Shown in pieces: positions 12,700 through 24,224 of a stretch of DNA of 64,000 nucleotides. The DNA is taken from positions 154,442,001 to 154,506,000 of the forward strand of contig OX597816.1 of NCBI GenBank assembly GCA_951406725.2. Direction: 5' to 3'. Position 1 is the stretch's first letter; each line of letters opens with the position of its first letter. A program made the translations under genes and the position numbers. The stretch comes from Octopus vulgaris. Taxonomy: Eukaryota. Below the pieces are notes generated by a model that did no database searches, had not been told where the DNA came from, and saw nothing but the letters and a program-made list of their open reading frames with translations.

Positions 12700-13800
12700 T
12701 TCGGAATATTGTCAGATGGTTGCAGAATCATCTGCCATTTTTAGCTTTAGACTTGAACAAGAGTGGCCATGTGTAAACTGTGGATGCCACCACTGTTAAG
12801 CTAACAAGAGAATGATGTGCCATTCTGGCCCTATTTGCCAGTGCATGGTCAGCCAAGCTGTGGAATTGTGTGTGCATCGCCTTTGTGTTGACTGCCTTCT
12901 CTTCCCCTTGTCTGTTCAGTTTCATGCTTGGGATGGACTTTTGCCTGCCTAGGTGAGGCATGCCCAAAGTGAATGCATTGGGTGCTGTTTATGTTGGAGT
13001 AGAGTCTCAACCTCCTGGCCATTTCAACCTGCATAATTCCTCTGAGAGATGCATTTCACTGAGTGTCTGAGGCAGCAGGTACATTCACTGCTTTAACCAG
13101 ATAAGAAGTGGATCTAAGTTGAATAGAAATTGTTAGTTCAGTTCATTTTGGAACGGTATCTAATTTGCATGCTTGTGTGAAGTGACTATGTTTATCACAT
13201 TTCCCATAATAAGCTTCTCTGGTAGGATATTTTCTATGAGAGTGAAAGTCAGTTCCACAGAAAATAAAAAATATTTAACAGAAATCTTGCAAACGTCAGT
13301 TTTTCAGTCAAATTCCTGCGACATGGAAAAGGTTGGAAAGCATTGAATGATTGAATGTTATACTCAGTTGCATTACTGTAAAGTACATTACAATACTCTT
13401 CTTGTATGGTAATATAATTTAGGATAGTGGACAGCTAAATGTTATTAAAATTTAGGATTTTGAAACACTCTCAGATAAGTGTTCACTGATGCAGGCCACA
13501 CACTGAAAGCATAACGTATGTATTCCCCAGTATTTAGTTCTTTCTAATAGCCTTGAAGCCAGAGTCTCCAAATAATGCTTGAGGGACCTAAGCAAAGTGG
13601 TGAGGTTCTCTCTTTGGTTGTTGTATAGCTAACACACAATCAAATGTAAACCTCATTTTCTGCGTAAGGATGATACAGCTGTATCATGGTTATTAATCTT
13701 GGATATACAAATAATTTTCATGATAGAGATGGTTAGAATATCAAATGCATGATTTCCTGGTACTTTGCTGAGTTTGGCTAATCATAAAAAAATTGCAGGT
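12700..13800 (-). mobile_element. Very old RTE-like LINE remnant
   Basis: Weak minus-strand motifs LITMIQLYH and CRLKWPG...LGRQK...LANRARM, in the order expected for the RTE RT and C-terminus. Confidence 0.4.
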
Positions 13801-13984
13801 TCTGGAAGTTTGTCAATTTTGAGCAGCATCAATTGTTAGCTAAAAGTTACAGCATTGTGTTTGGAAGTGTAGTATAACGGTACACCAAAATCGTTCCACA
13901 GAAAACAGGAATACCTCACACATAATAAACATGGTCATTCTCTATTACGTATGAATACATACATACGTGTAACTTTTGTACTTT

Positions 13985-14102
13985 ATAATCTCTGACGAAG
14001 CCTAGAGTACCTCATTTTCATCTACCTATTACCTCAATCCACTCGAGTAATATAGGCAGAATGAGGTATTTTTATCTATTGGCTGAAACAGCTGTAAGTT
14101 AT
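13985..14102 (+). ncRNA. Hammerhead ribozyme with a long hairpin inserted in stem II
   Basis: ataatct-CTGACGA(13992-13998)-AGCC...GGCT-GAAAC-AGCT-GTA-agttat; the insert pairs tacctcatt with aatgaggta. Confidence 0.72.
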
Positions 14103-14307
14103 TTACTAATTTATATTCATGTTTTTTTTATAATAATTACTGGTATCCTTATATATAACTATATTTTATAGCTTATATTTTATATGCAAAGAATAATATG
14201 CTATATGTATGTATGTTATTATAATTATCAGTTTAATAAATAAATGTTAACATTTTAATATCCAAAAGTTGATGAACCACCTACTGTTCTCCATTTTCTT
14301 ATTTGCT

Positions 14308-14378
<71 letters not shown>

Positions 14379-14404
14379 CATACATACAACACAGAACGCT
14401 TATA

Positions 14405-14612
14405 AATAGTTGCTAGACCTGCTCTAACTAGTAGCCAAATCTCGTTGAAACAACACCTTATCATCTAAATAAAGAAGACTGCATTATGGTTCTGTGTACA
14501 TTGTATTCCTTAAAAAATACCAGCAAAAGGACAGGATGGTCACGGTTTGGCTGACTTTGACTGCGGGTCTGTTCGATCAGTGTTGACTTGGAGCCAAACG
14601 ACAACAATAACA
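14405..14612 (+). mobile_element. Unclassified dispersed repeat ending in (CAA)n
   Basis: agccaaatctc...ggatggtca...gatcag...caacaa; related copies at about 28.9-29.25, 39.6-39.75(-), 46.96-47.14(-), 50.65-51.04(-) and 51.75-52.28 kb(-). Confidence 0.6.
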
Positions 14613-14619
14613 AAATATT

Positions 14620-15238
14620 TAAAGTGCGTTGAGTGGTACTCAGATAAAAACACGTAATACTAGGAGCAATGGATCTGAGCATCGCACAAAATCAACTAAA
14701 ATAAGTACGATAGATCTAATCGATCGGGACTGACCGACGCTACAGAGCATCAACAGTAATAACTGTATTTGTCTTCGACAACGCGTCACATCATTTCTAC
14801 AAAAGATTCACTAGTGATGCCATCCCCGATTGCCTTCCGTAGATTTAAATACCCCACCCAACCTCATCGTCCCTATCTTACCACCATCGTGATCAGTAAT
14901 ACTACCAGTTTTAAGCTGCAAACATTACTGAGTGTAAGAAGCGTGCGCTGCTATCACCACCGTAATCATGGAGCAAGTTTATTAGCCAGTGAATAAATAA
15001 AAAAAAAAATCACATGCTCTATAACTATAAAAACATAAAACAATATCGCATACATTAAGTATTCACACATACACGTACACCGCATATTTGTAGGGATAAA
15101 GCTAGATTCACGTTTAGAATCTTATATATGTATACATAAACAAATGCTTAGGCTGAAACAGAAATCCTAAGGTATATACATGGAATCATAACGATATAAA
15201 CACACAAATACATAAGCACTGACAAACACACACACAAA

Positions 15239-15276
<38 letters not shown>

Positions 15277-16324
15277 GTACACACACACACATAAAGTACA
15301 CAGGTGTATTAACACATTGCTGTTTCTCTTTCATTTACTTTTGATCTCACTCTTAGTTCTGTGTCTTCCCTGTCATTCGTTCAGTCATTCACATTTTCTC
15401 CTTCACCTGTCTCTTTCTTTAAGACACTCCCTCCTGTTCTCTCTCTTCTTTCCCTCCTCTTACTTTTTCTTTTTTCTATTAAATCATTATCTTTTTCTTT
15501 CTTCTTTCTCCCTCCTTACACCTTGTGTTTACTGCCTTCCTCTCTTTCTACACTCACCATCTCACCCTTTCACTCATTCACTCACACTCTCTCCATTTAA
15601 AATCCCCCTCTCTCTTCCTTTTTATTCACTTACACTCTCACTCACGATCTCTCTTCTGCCTTGTCCGTACTTCCCTGTCTATCTCTATTCGACCAGTAGC
15701 GGTATTCAAGAGAACTGAAGGAGGAGAAAAAAAAAAAAAATATATATATATATATACACATATGCATATATATATTATATATACATATACACAGCGTGTG
15801 ATTTCTTAGTGCCTTAAACTGAAGCGAAAGAAGAAAATTAAAGAAACACATAGTCTAAATTACACACAAGAATGCAATGAAGAAAAAGAAATCGATGAAA
15901 AAATTCACAATTAAGCAATTATAAATAAATAATTAGAATAAACATATACAAAATATAACAAAATACGACCAACAATCATATGAAAGCAAGCAACAGCAGT
16001 AGCGGCACATTAACAATTACGATATCAACAATTATAAATAATATCATCATAAACAGTATCAGCAACGCTGACAGTAATTGCAATAATAACAATCACGGTA
16101 AGGAAACCACGGAACAAGGATGCCTCGCATAGGATATCTGCTAAGTGACAAAAAAGAGAAAAAGTTCAACTTGGAGAAATTAGCTGTACGATTAAGGTGA
16201 GCAATTAATTTAAAACTTGTCCACTTCCCAATTGTCTGTCTGTCTATCTATCTATCTATCTATCTCTACATACATACACGCACACAGATATATATATATC
16301 TATATCTATCTATCTATATATCAG

Positions 16325-16362
<38 letters not shown>

Positions 16363-16391
16363 CTATCTATATATATATATATATCAGACAT

Positions 16392-16423
<32 letters not shown>

Positions 16424-17852
16424 CAATCAGCCTGTCCCATACGCAAGCTTCATTGACATACATTCATTGCGTATACACAAACACATTGACATACATACAT
16501 TCAAAAACAAAATTTAGAATTTATAGAAATTGGTTATGCTCTTTATCGGCAAAGAGCGGTGGGTAGCTGCTCGAAACGCCAGAATACTATATCACACACT
16601 GACTGAATTATATTACCAATTTTATATTGTCCGTACACATTATCATATATTCTCTCATTGAATCACGTTCACACAAAGCGTACATACACAAAGATTGACA
16701 CTCGCTTTCACTCTCGTATTATGCATTCATACATACACCTTCAATCACATGGTCACATTTGTACGAAACCAGCAAATATAGAAAGTAACACTCTGACACC
16801 CGCTCACACATGTAGACACCCAGAAGATACACTAAAAAAGCATTGGGCACATAAAGTCCTCTAATTAAATTTACATTTAAACGTATACACAGTTTTATTT
16901 ATCTATATACTAATGTGTATATATGTACATCCGCTTAAGTTTCACATATATACATAAACACTAATTTGACACACCAATATTCTCTTGTAAAGAGACATTT
17001 AAATGTACATTTTAACACATACACACGTTGCTAGAGCGCTTAATCATCCAGTGAAACGTTTATCTTGCAACCCCCGCAGAACCTTTTATTTCTTCTCCGT
17101 TCTCATTTCCGAAACACACCGTAAAACATTCTGTAAAAGTTAAATATTGTAATTCACGAGGAAAAATTAGAGAATTTACGATGAAGATTGTGTATTTTCT
17201 TTTTCTTCATTCGTATAACACACATGACGATATTAACTGCCCGGTTTCAAATTTTCATTGAAACCAATATCACTGGTTCTCGTGACTTTTAAAGCTCTTA
17301 AAAAAAAAAAAAAAAAAAGAACGTCACAAAATCTTGTTTTAGTCTCTGTTATAAATCAATTGAGTGCACTTTTGTCAAAAAATTAATAGGATATAAAGAA
17401 AAGAATGCTTCCTCAGGGTTGAGAGGAAGATAGGAGGGACTAGTTCGATTACTCTTTGTAGTTGGTTACCATTTATTGAACTATTAAAAAAAAAAAATTC
17501 TTTCTCTGAATCCTGTTGGACTTATAATTTTCGAATCATAGTTTATATAATTTACTCGAAAAATTTAGTTAACGTATCTCTCGATTTGGAAGACTAACAC
17601 GTATATTTTCAGATTTATCTATTACTCTACAACTGCTACAACAATTAGTAGTACTAGCATTTTATTATATGAGGTCTTTTGATGATATTCTATAATTAGA
17701 AGAAGAAAGGATACAACAATACCATTATTGCTGTTTTCATTAAATATTTTAAATATAAAAAATGACAAGCTTTATAGAAGTTCTATTACGCTGCCATCTT
17801 TAATATACTTTAAAATAGACAAAAAATGCTATGTTTAGTAAATCACATAATG

Positions 17853-17891
<39 letters not shown>

Positions 17892-18183
17892 CAGTTATTG
17901 TTTATATTATCAAAAATTGCTTTAGACAGCTTCACGAACGAAGCGGATCAGTCAGCTGCCCTACCCTCCTTACCATGGACAGAGTAGGAAACTAGATGCA
18001 TTAATAAACCTGGATCGATACATAGGTTTACTCATATTTTCGGTATATTTGCATTGATAAAAGTATACATACTGCATGTATGTATATAACGTATAGCTTA
18101 CATTTGAATATAATGTTACACACACATGAATTTACACATAAGTAGCACTATATTCGATTTTAACTGAAAAAACTGGAGTTCGA

Positions 18184-18220
<37 letters not shown>

Positions 18221-18950
18221 CATACATACATACATACACACACGCTCATGTAATTATATATATATATACACACAGTCTACTTGTGTGTGTAACTAGTATG
18301 TATGCACAAAAGCACAGATGCATATATATCTGCCAAACCTTATACATCCATTGGAACAAGATCGTTTGTTTCATACGTTTAAGCATATTTAAGATATATT
18401 TGCATTCATAAATGTATATGCAGTTAGGATTAGTAAATGTGTATATCAGGTGTGTGAATATGCAGACAGCTATGCAAGCATCAACACGAATACTTCTTGT
18501 ACATATTATTCACAACTCTCCTTCCTACATTATCTTAAAAGCATTTTTTAATTATATTTTCTGAATTTTAATTCAGGAATTAAATGGAAAGCGGATCGGT
18601 TTTAGAAAGCACAGATCTGTCTTAAACTTTAATCGTATTCCCTTTTCTGTATTTGAACGCAGTTCTTTCGTGTTATTGTGAAACATGCAATAATTTTCTT
18701 GGTGTGTTTTGTAGTAATTTTGCATTATTTCGAAACGAAACAGAATTTGTGTAATTCTACCGGTGTTTTGTTGTGTGGTGTGTGACGTATGAGGTCACCG
18801 GTAGCCAAGGTAGATAACTAACACCACTCCCACGTGTATCGGTCTTTATCGTCATCCAAGTGTTGGAGTAGAATTTCTGTAACAAACAGTTATACTCTCA
18901 CACTTGAGTATGTTCCTCCGTGTCGTTATAAATGAGTATCAGTCATTCAA
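14620..18950. promoter_or_regulatory. CpG-retaining, nearly TE-free island (candidate promoter or intergenic region)
   Basis: Frequent CG dinucleotides in unique sequence (ctaatcgatcgggactgaccgacgc, ttcgacaacgcgtcac), against visibly CpG-depleted flanks; judged by eye. Confidence 0.5.
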
Positions 18951-18974
18951 GGAGTGTCCTTTGTTTTCAGGGCT

Positions 18975-19110
18975 CTGTAAAAACGTGCCTGGTTATTGGG
19001 AAATATCACCTCACTTGGAAACAGGTGAGGGTTCGCAGCAGGAAGGGCATCCGGACGTCATGAATTCCCTCCGACCTATACGAGCATGGAAAAGTAGATA
19101 TTGAAACGAG
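18975..19110 (+). mobile_element. Short repeat with an RTE-like tail
   Basis: ttggaaacaggtgaggg...aggaagggcatcc...agcatggaaaag; relatives at 28405-28557 and 32120-32310. Confidence 0.6.
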
Positions 19111-19273
19111 AAAGGTGTGTGTGAGTGTGTGTATATCTGTATGTATGTATATATGTGTATGTATACGTTTGTATGCATGTATGTGTATATGTATATATAT
19201 ATATGAATATAATGATGCAAATAAACATGCTTGGGCTTGATATATAAAATATACATACATGTAAATATATATA

Positions 19274-20974
19274 CAGTTTGGTTTTGTGCCAGGAACAAGC
19301 ACCACTGATGCTATATTTCTGGTAAGATAGCTGCAGGAGAAATTCCTAGCCAAAGATAAACCTCTGTATTTGGCCTTTGTTGACTTGGAGAAAGCTTTTG
19401 ACAGGGATCCCCGATCCCTTATCTGGTGGTCAGTGTGGAAACTAGGGATATACAAGTGGTTGGTGAGAGCTGTACAAGCCATGTATAAGGATGCTACCAG
19501 TAGGTGAGGGTTGGCAATGAGTACAGTGAAGAATTCAGGGTACAAGTAGGGGTTCACCAAGGATCAGTGCTCAGCCCCCTCTTGTTCATCATAGTCCTCC
19601 AGGCAATAACAGTGGAATTTATGACAGGCTGCTCCTGGGAGCTCCTCTTTGCTGATGTCTTTGCTCTAATAGCTGAATCACTACCAGAACTAGAGAAATT
19701 TCAGGTATGGAAGCAAGGTCTAGAATCAAAGGACCTTAGAGTTAACCTAGCAAAACCAAAGTAGTAGTAAATAGGAGGGTAGACAAATCATAAATCCATT
19801 CAGGTAGATGGCAATCTGTAGGAAAGACGTAGGTAGAAACTCTATAAGATGCACCTGGTGTAAGCTTTGGACACATAAAAAGTTCCGCAATATCAGAGGA
19901 AGGTCAACAAGGAAGCTAGCTTTTGTATGTGGAAGATGCACAGGTACAATAAATACTGAAAATGTGCAGAAAATAAACTGCCAGGGAGACAAGCTAGAGG
20001 TAGTAGATAGCCTCTGTTATCTAGGTGACTGAGTTAGTAGTAGAGAGGGATACTCCGAGAGCATAGCTGTGAGGAAAAGATTAGGCTGGCCAGCTCAGAG
20101 AGCTCCTACCTCTGTTTGCAATAAAGGGCCTTTCTCTCAGAGTGAAAGGCAGAATTTATGTACCTGTGTGCAAACTGCCATACTACATGGCAGTGAAACA
20201 TGGGCTGTGACATTCAAGGACATGTGTAGGCGTGAAAGAAAGACAGTATGCTTTGTTGGTTCTACAATGTAAGTGTGCATGTTCAGAGTGTAAGCATAAG
20301 AAGCAGCAGATGTGGTGTGCAAGAGAGAGAAACAAGTGTGCTGGTATGGTTATGTGATGTGTATGGACAAGGGCAGCTGTGTAAAGAAGTGCTGATCTCT
20401 AACTGTGATAGAGGTGGACCCAAGAAGACGTGATGAAGTGGTGAAGCAAGAACTTTGAACTTTGAGCCTCACAGAGGCAATGATTAGTGACTGAGACCTT
20501 TGGTGATAGGCTGTGCTTGAGAAGTCACATCAAGCCAAATGAAATTGTAAACTTGGTTGTTGTTGGTGTCACATAATAGGTACCCATGCCAGTGGCACAT
20601 TTGAGTATTGGGCCTCATGGCGACAAAGTTCCTTTCAAGCATTGGGCCGCAAAGTGGCTGAGTTCCTTTTAATTGTTGGGCCTCATGGAGGCAGTGATCG
20701 AGACCTTTAGCATTACATCATGCTTGAGAAGACCCATCAAGCTGAGCAAAATCGCAGTCATGGCAGATAGTGGTGTCATGCAAATGGCACCCATGCTGGT
20801 GGCGCGTAAAAGCACCCATTACATTCTCGGAGTGGTTGGCGTTGGGAAGGGCATCCAGCCATAGAAAACAATGCCAAATCAGACAGGAGTCTGGTGCAGC
20901 CTCCCAACATACCAGCCCAGGTCAAACCATCCGACCCATGCCAGCATGGATGACAGACGTTAAATGATGATGAT
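19274..20974 (+). mobile_element. 5'-truncated RTE LINE (RT, Cys/His finger, 3' UTR, (GAT)n tail)
   Basis: QFGFVPGTSTTDAIF, FVDLEKAFD, VGVHQGSVLSPLLF, ELLFADV, LHGSETW; contains stops and frameshifts. Confidence 0.95.
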
Positions 20975-21244
20975 ATATACTTCATTATTATTAAAGCTGC
21001 AAAAACATCACAAAAATATCACAAAAAACTGCTGCTTAGAGAAGGACAGTTTAGATTGAGAATGGAACAAAATAAAGATTGTATGTATAAGATATATAAT
21101 TTACATTGACAGATGCACATTGGAAATTGGTTTCTTTTCATTGGTCCTTTTGAGTAATGGTTTTTTCTAATCAATGATGATAGGTTTAAAATTAGTAGTA
21201 CAAGCATTTTATTATATGAGGTCTTTTGATGGTATCCTATAACT

Positions 21245-21296
21245 AGATAAGGAAACCATGATGGTCCTCTGGCGGACATTCGTCCTCAGCCGCCTG
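21245..21296 (+). other. 52-bp CR1 ORF2 snippet
   Basis: 50/52 identical to 23480-23531. Confidence 0.9.
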
Positions 21297-21590
21297 TTTG
21301 AAAAATGACTTTAGTTAGAAAGAAGAAATGTACATACCCAGAATAAATTACTAGATGAATTAAGTTGAATTAAAAATAGATAAAGGTAAGTCTTTATTAT
21401 AATAATTTTCACTTACATAATCCAATGGCCTAAAAGTAAACACACACACATACATACAGGGAGAGAAAGAGAGAGAGAGATGTGGTGGGAGGAACAAAAA
21501 CTGAAAATATTCATCAGATGATCATTTATGATTTATCATATTTATATATTTGCAGAACAGGTTTACATGGAATACAATATGTGTATACAC

Positions 21591-21873
21591 AACAATTGCA
21601 GCGTGGAAGGTGTTTATAAGCCATTTAAGAAACACACAAAAGCCGTTTGATTCACTCCAACATTTAAGTTTAATTTGTCAAAATATTTTCGTCGCTAAAA
21701 TCCGCGACCTGTTCACTGACAAAGTCCGTGCAGCACGGACTTTGTCAGTGAACAGGTCGCGGATTTTAGCGACGAAAATATTTTGACAAATTAAACTTAA
21801 ATGTTGGAGTGAATCAAACGGCTTTTGTGTGTTTCTTAAATGGCTTATAAACACCTTCCATGCTGCAATTGTT
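21591..21873. repeat. Near-perfect palindrome with 141-bp arms and a 1-nt spacer
   Basis: Centre gtccgtgc-a-gcacggac at 21732; one mismatch (gcagcgtgg vs gcagcatgg). Confidence 0.97.
21741..21790 (+). ncRNA. Hammerhead ribozyme with a G3-C8 core variant
   Basis: TTTGTCA-GTGAACA-G-GTCGC-ggatttta-GCGAC-GAA-AATATT-T-TGACAAA; mirror copy at 21674-21723(-). Confidence 0.7.
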
Positions 21874-21928
21874 TTCGTTTCAGCACACGATCTCAGATCA
21901 AATTACTTGCTATGCGAGTACATCTCCG

Positions 21929-21970
<42 letters not shown>

Positions 21971-21985
21971 ATGTATATATATATT

Positions 21986-22622
21986 TTGGACATAAGAAGT
22001 ATCAGATGTAGTGTGCAAGAGAGACAACTGTGCTGGTATGGTCATGTGTTGCATATAGATGACACCGTTGTAAAAAAGCGTCACACCCTAGCAGTAGAGG
22101 GAACCTATGGAAGAGGCAAACCCAAGAAGACCTGGGATGAGGTGGTGAAGCACGACCTTCGAATGTTGGGCCTCACAGAGGCGATGTCGAGTCACTGAAA
22201 CCTTTGGAGATATGCTGTGCTTGAGAAATCCCTGGCAAGCCAAGTCAGACACCTGTGCTGGTGGAATGTAAAAAGCAACATTCGAGTGTGGTCGATGCTA
22301 GTGTCGCCTGACTAGTCCTGTACCTGTGGCACATAAAACGCAACATTTGAGCATGGTTGTTGCCAGTGCCGACTGACCGGCTTGTGTACCAGTGGCACGT
22401 AAGAAGCACCATTCAAACCTGGTCGGCATCAATAGCGCCTGACAGTGGCATGTAAAAAGCACCCATAACGCTCTTTGAGTGGTTGGCGTTAAGAAGGGTA
22501 TCCAGCTGTAGAAACTTTGCGTGATCAGATTGGAACCTGATACAGCCTTCTGCCTTGCCACTTCTCAGTCAAAACATCTAACCCATGCCAACATGGATAG
22601 TGGACGTTAAGTGATGATGATA
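21986..22622 (+). mobile_element. RTE LINE 3' fragment
   Basis: VQERQLCWYGHVLHI...GRGKPKKTWDEVVKHDL followed by the 3' UTR and (GAT)n. Confidence 0.92.
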
Positions 22623-22667
22623 ATATAAATGTATATACATTTATGTATGTAAATGTATATATATATG

Positions 22668-22710
<43 letters not shown>

Positions 22711-22726
22711 ATCTATGCAGAGAGAG

Positions 22727-23163
22727 AGAGTGGTTGTATAATGTCAACATAACGTGACGGTCCTGTAAAGGGAATTACACCACCGCTATATAGCCCTAGG
22801 AAGCATCGACGCTTCCTGTCGGCTTTGACACATTTCCTGTGTCCTTATATTTGCAAAGAGGAGGCGAGCACCCCCACCAGCTAGGACTAGCAACCTGAAG
22901 ACATGCATGTTTCTGGATTTTGCCCGTCATCAGTCCAGGGTAGCAAGTCCCGCTAGCGGTGATACTTGCCAAGCCACCGCAAATATATATATTTACAGTG
23001 AAATCTACTCACTGGTCACCGTAATTAGAAATATTGAATTTCTAAATGTCTCATAGAGACATGAGCAGTGGTGGCGCAATAGAGTGGTTGTATAATGTCA
23101 ACATAACGTGACGGTCCCGTAAAGGGAATTACACCACTGCTATATAGCCCTAGGAAGCATCGA
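22727..23163 (-). mobile_element. Retrozyme- or pLTR-like unit with a 354-bp period and an 83-bp terminal direct repeat
   Basis: 22727-22809 is repeated at 23081-23163 with 2 mismatches; contains an HHR. Confidence 0.75.
22890..22944 (-). ncRNA. Type-I hammerhead ribozyme (GUC site)
   Basis: cctgga-CTGATGA-cgggcaaaatcca-GAAAC-ATGCAT-GTC-ttcagg with palindromic stem III and an extendable stem I; stem II is imperfect. Confidence 0.75.
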
Positions 23164-24120
23164 TGATACGAAAGTCTTGCAGAAAATACAGAACCCCAGC
23201 AATGTTGCAGGAGTTGGATTCAATGTACAGATGGGCTGAGGATAATAATATGCAGTTTAATGCTGAAAAATTCCAGGCCCTGCGCTACCAGCATCTAAAA
23301 CTGAATATTAAACTTACAGGGTACACCGGTCCACAGGGAATTTCAATCCCAGAGCCTAAGTTAGTGAGGGACCTGGGTATTGACATGAGTGATGATACCT
23401 CTTTCCAAGTGCACATTACCAGGATGGCGACAAAGTGCAGACGACTGGCTGGCTGGATCCTAAGAACATTCAGAACCAGAGATAAGGAAACCATGATGGT
23501 CCTCTGGTGGACATTCGTCCTCAACCGCCTGGATTACTGCTCACAGCTATGGTCACCCACCAGTGTGAACTTAACAGCGGACCTTGAAGCAATCCAGAGA
23601 AGATTCACAAAGAAGTTTGTCTCTTTGCAACAGCTCAGCTACTGGGAAAGGTTGAAACAGCTAAGACTCTACTCCCTGGAGAGAAGACAGGAGAGGTATG
23701 CAGTAATATATATCTGGAAGATCCTGGAAGGAATTGTGCCAAATTTTGGCATTGAAAGCTACACCAATTCCAGAATGGGATGACACTGCATAGTACCAAA
23801 GATCCCAGCAATGCCATCATGCTTCAGGACCAGTTACAGCAACAGCCTGGGTTTCAAGGGCCCACAGCTTTTTAATATTCTCCCAAAGAGTCTGAGGAAC
23901 TTGCATGAAGTGGTTTTTAAATCAAAGCTGGACCTCTTCCTGTCGAGAGTCCCAGATGAACCTACCTCACGGCAAGAGGTGCAAATGAGGGTAGCTATAT
24001 CAAACTCCATTCCTCACTAAGTGCCACATATTAGAGGAGGCTCTTAGTAATAACAGTGAAGCACAAAACGGCGGTGCATCAGCATGGCCACAGTTCTGAG
24101 CTGAAACCAAAATAAAAATA
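23164..24120 (+). mobile_element. CR1-group LINE 3' fragment
   Basis: 206-aa ORF: WAEDNNMQFNAEKF...VRDLGI...LDYCSQLWSP...LEAIQRRFTK...YWERLKQLRLYSLERR. Confidence 0.93.
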
Positions 24121-24135
24121 TATATATATATATAT

Positions 24136-24190
<55 letters not shown>

Positions 24191-24224
24191 TATGTATATA
24201 TACATACATATATATATATATATA

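Noticed and set aside
16535-16590. GAGC...GCTC-GAAAC-GCC hammerhead-like half
   Set aside because: The 5' core reads CGGCAAA and the triplet lacks U16.1. At best it is a dead relic.
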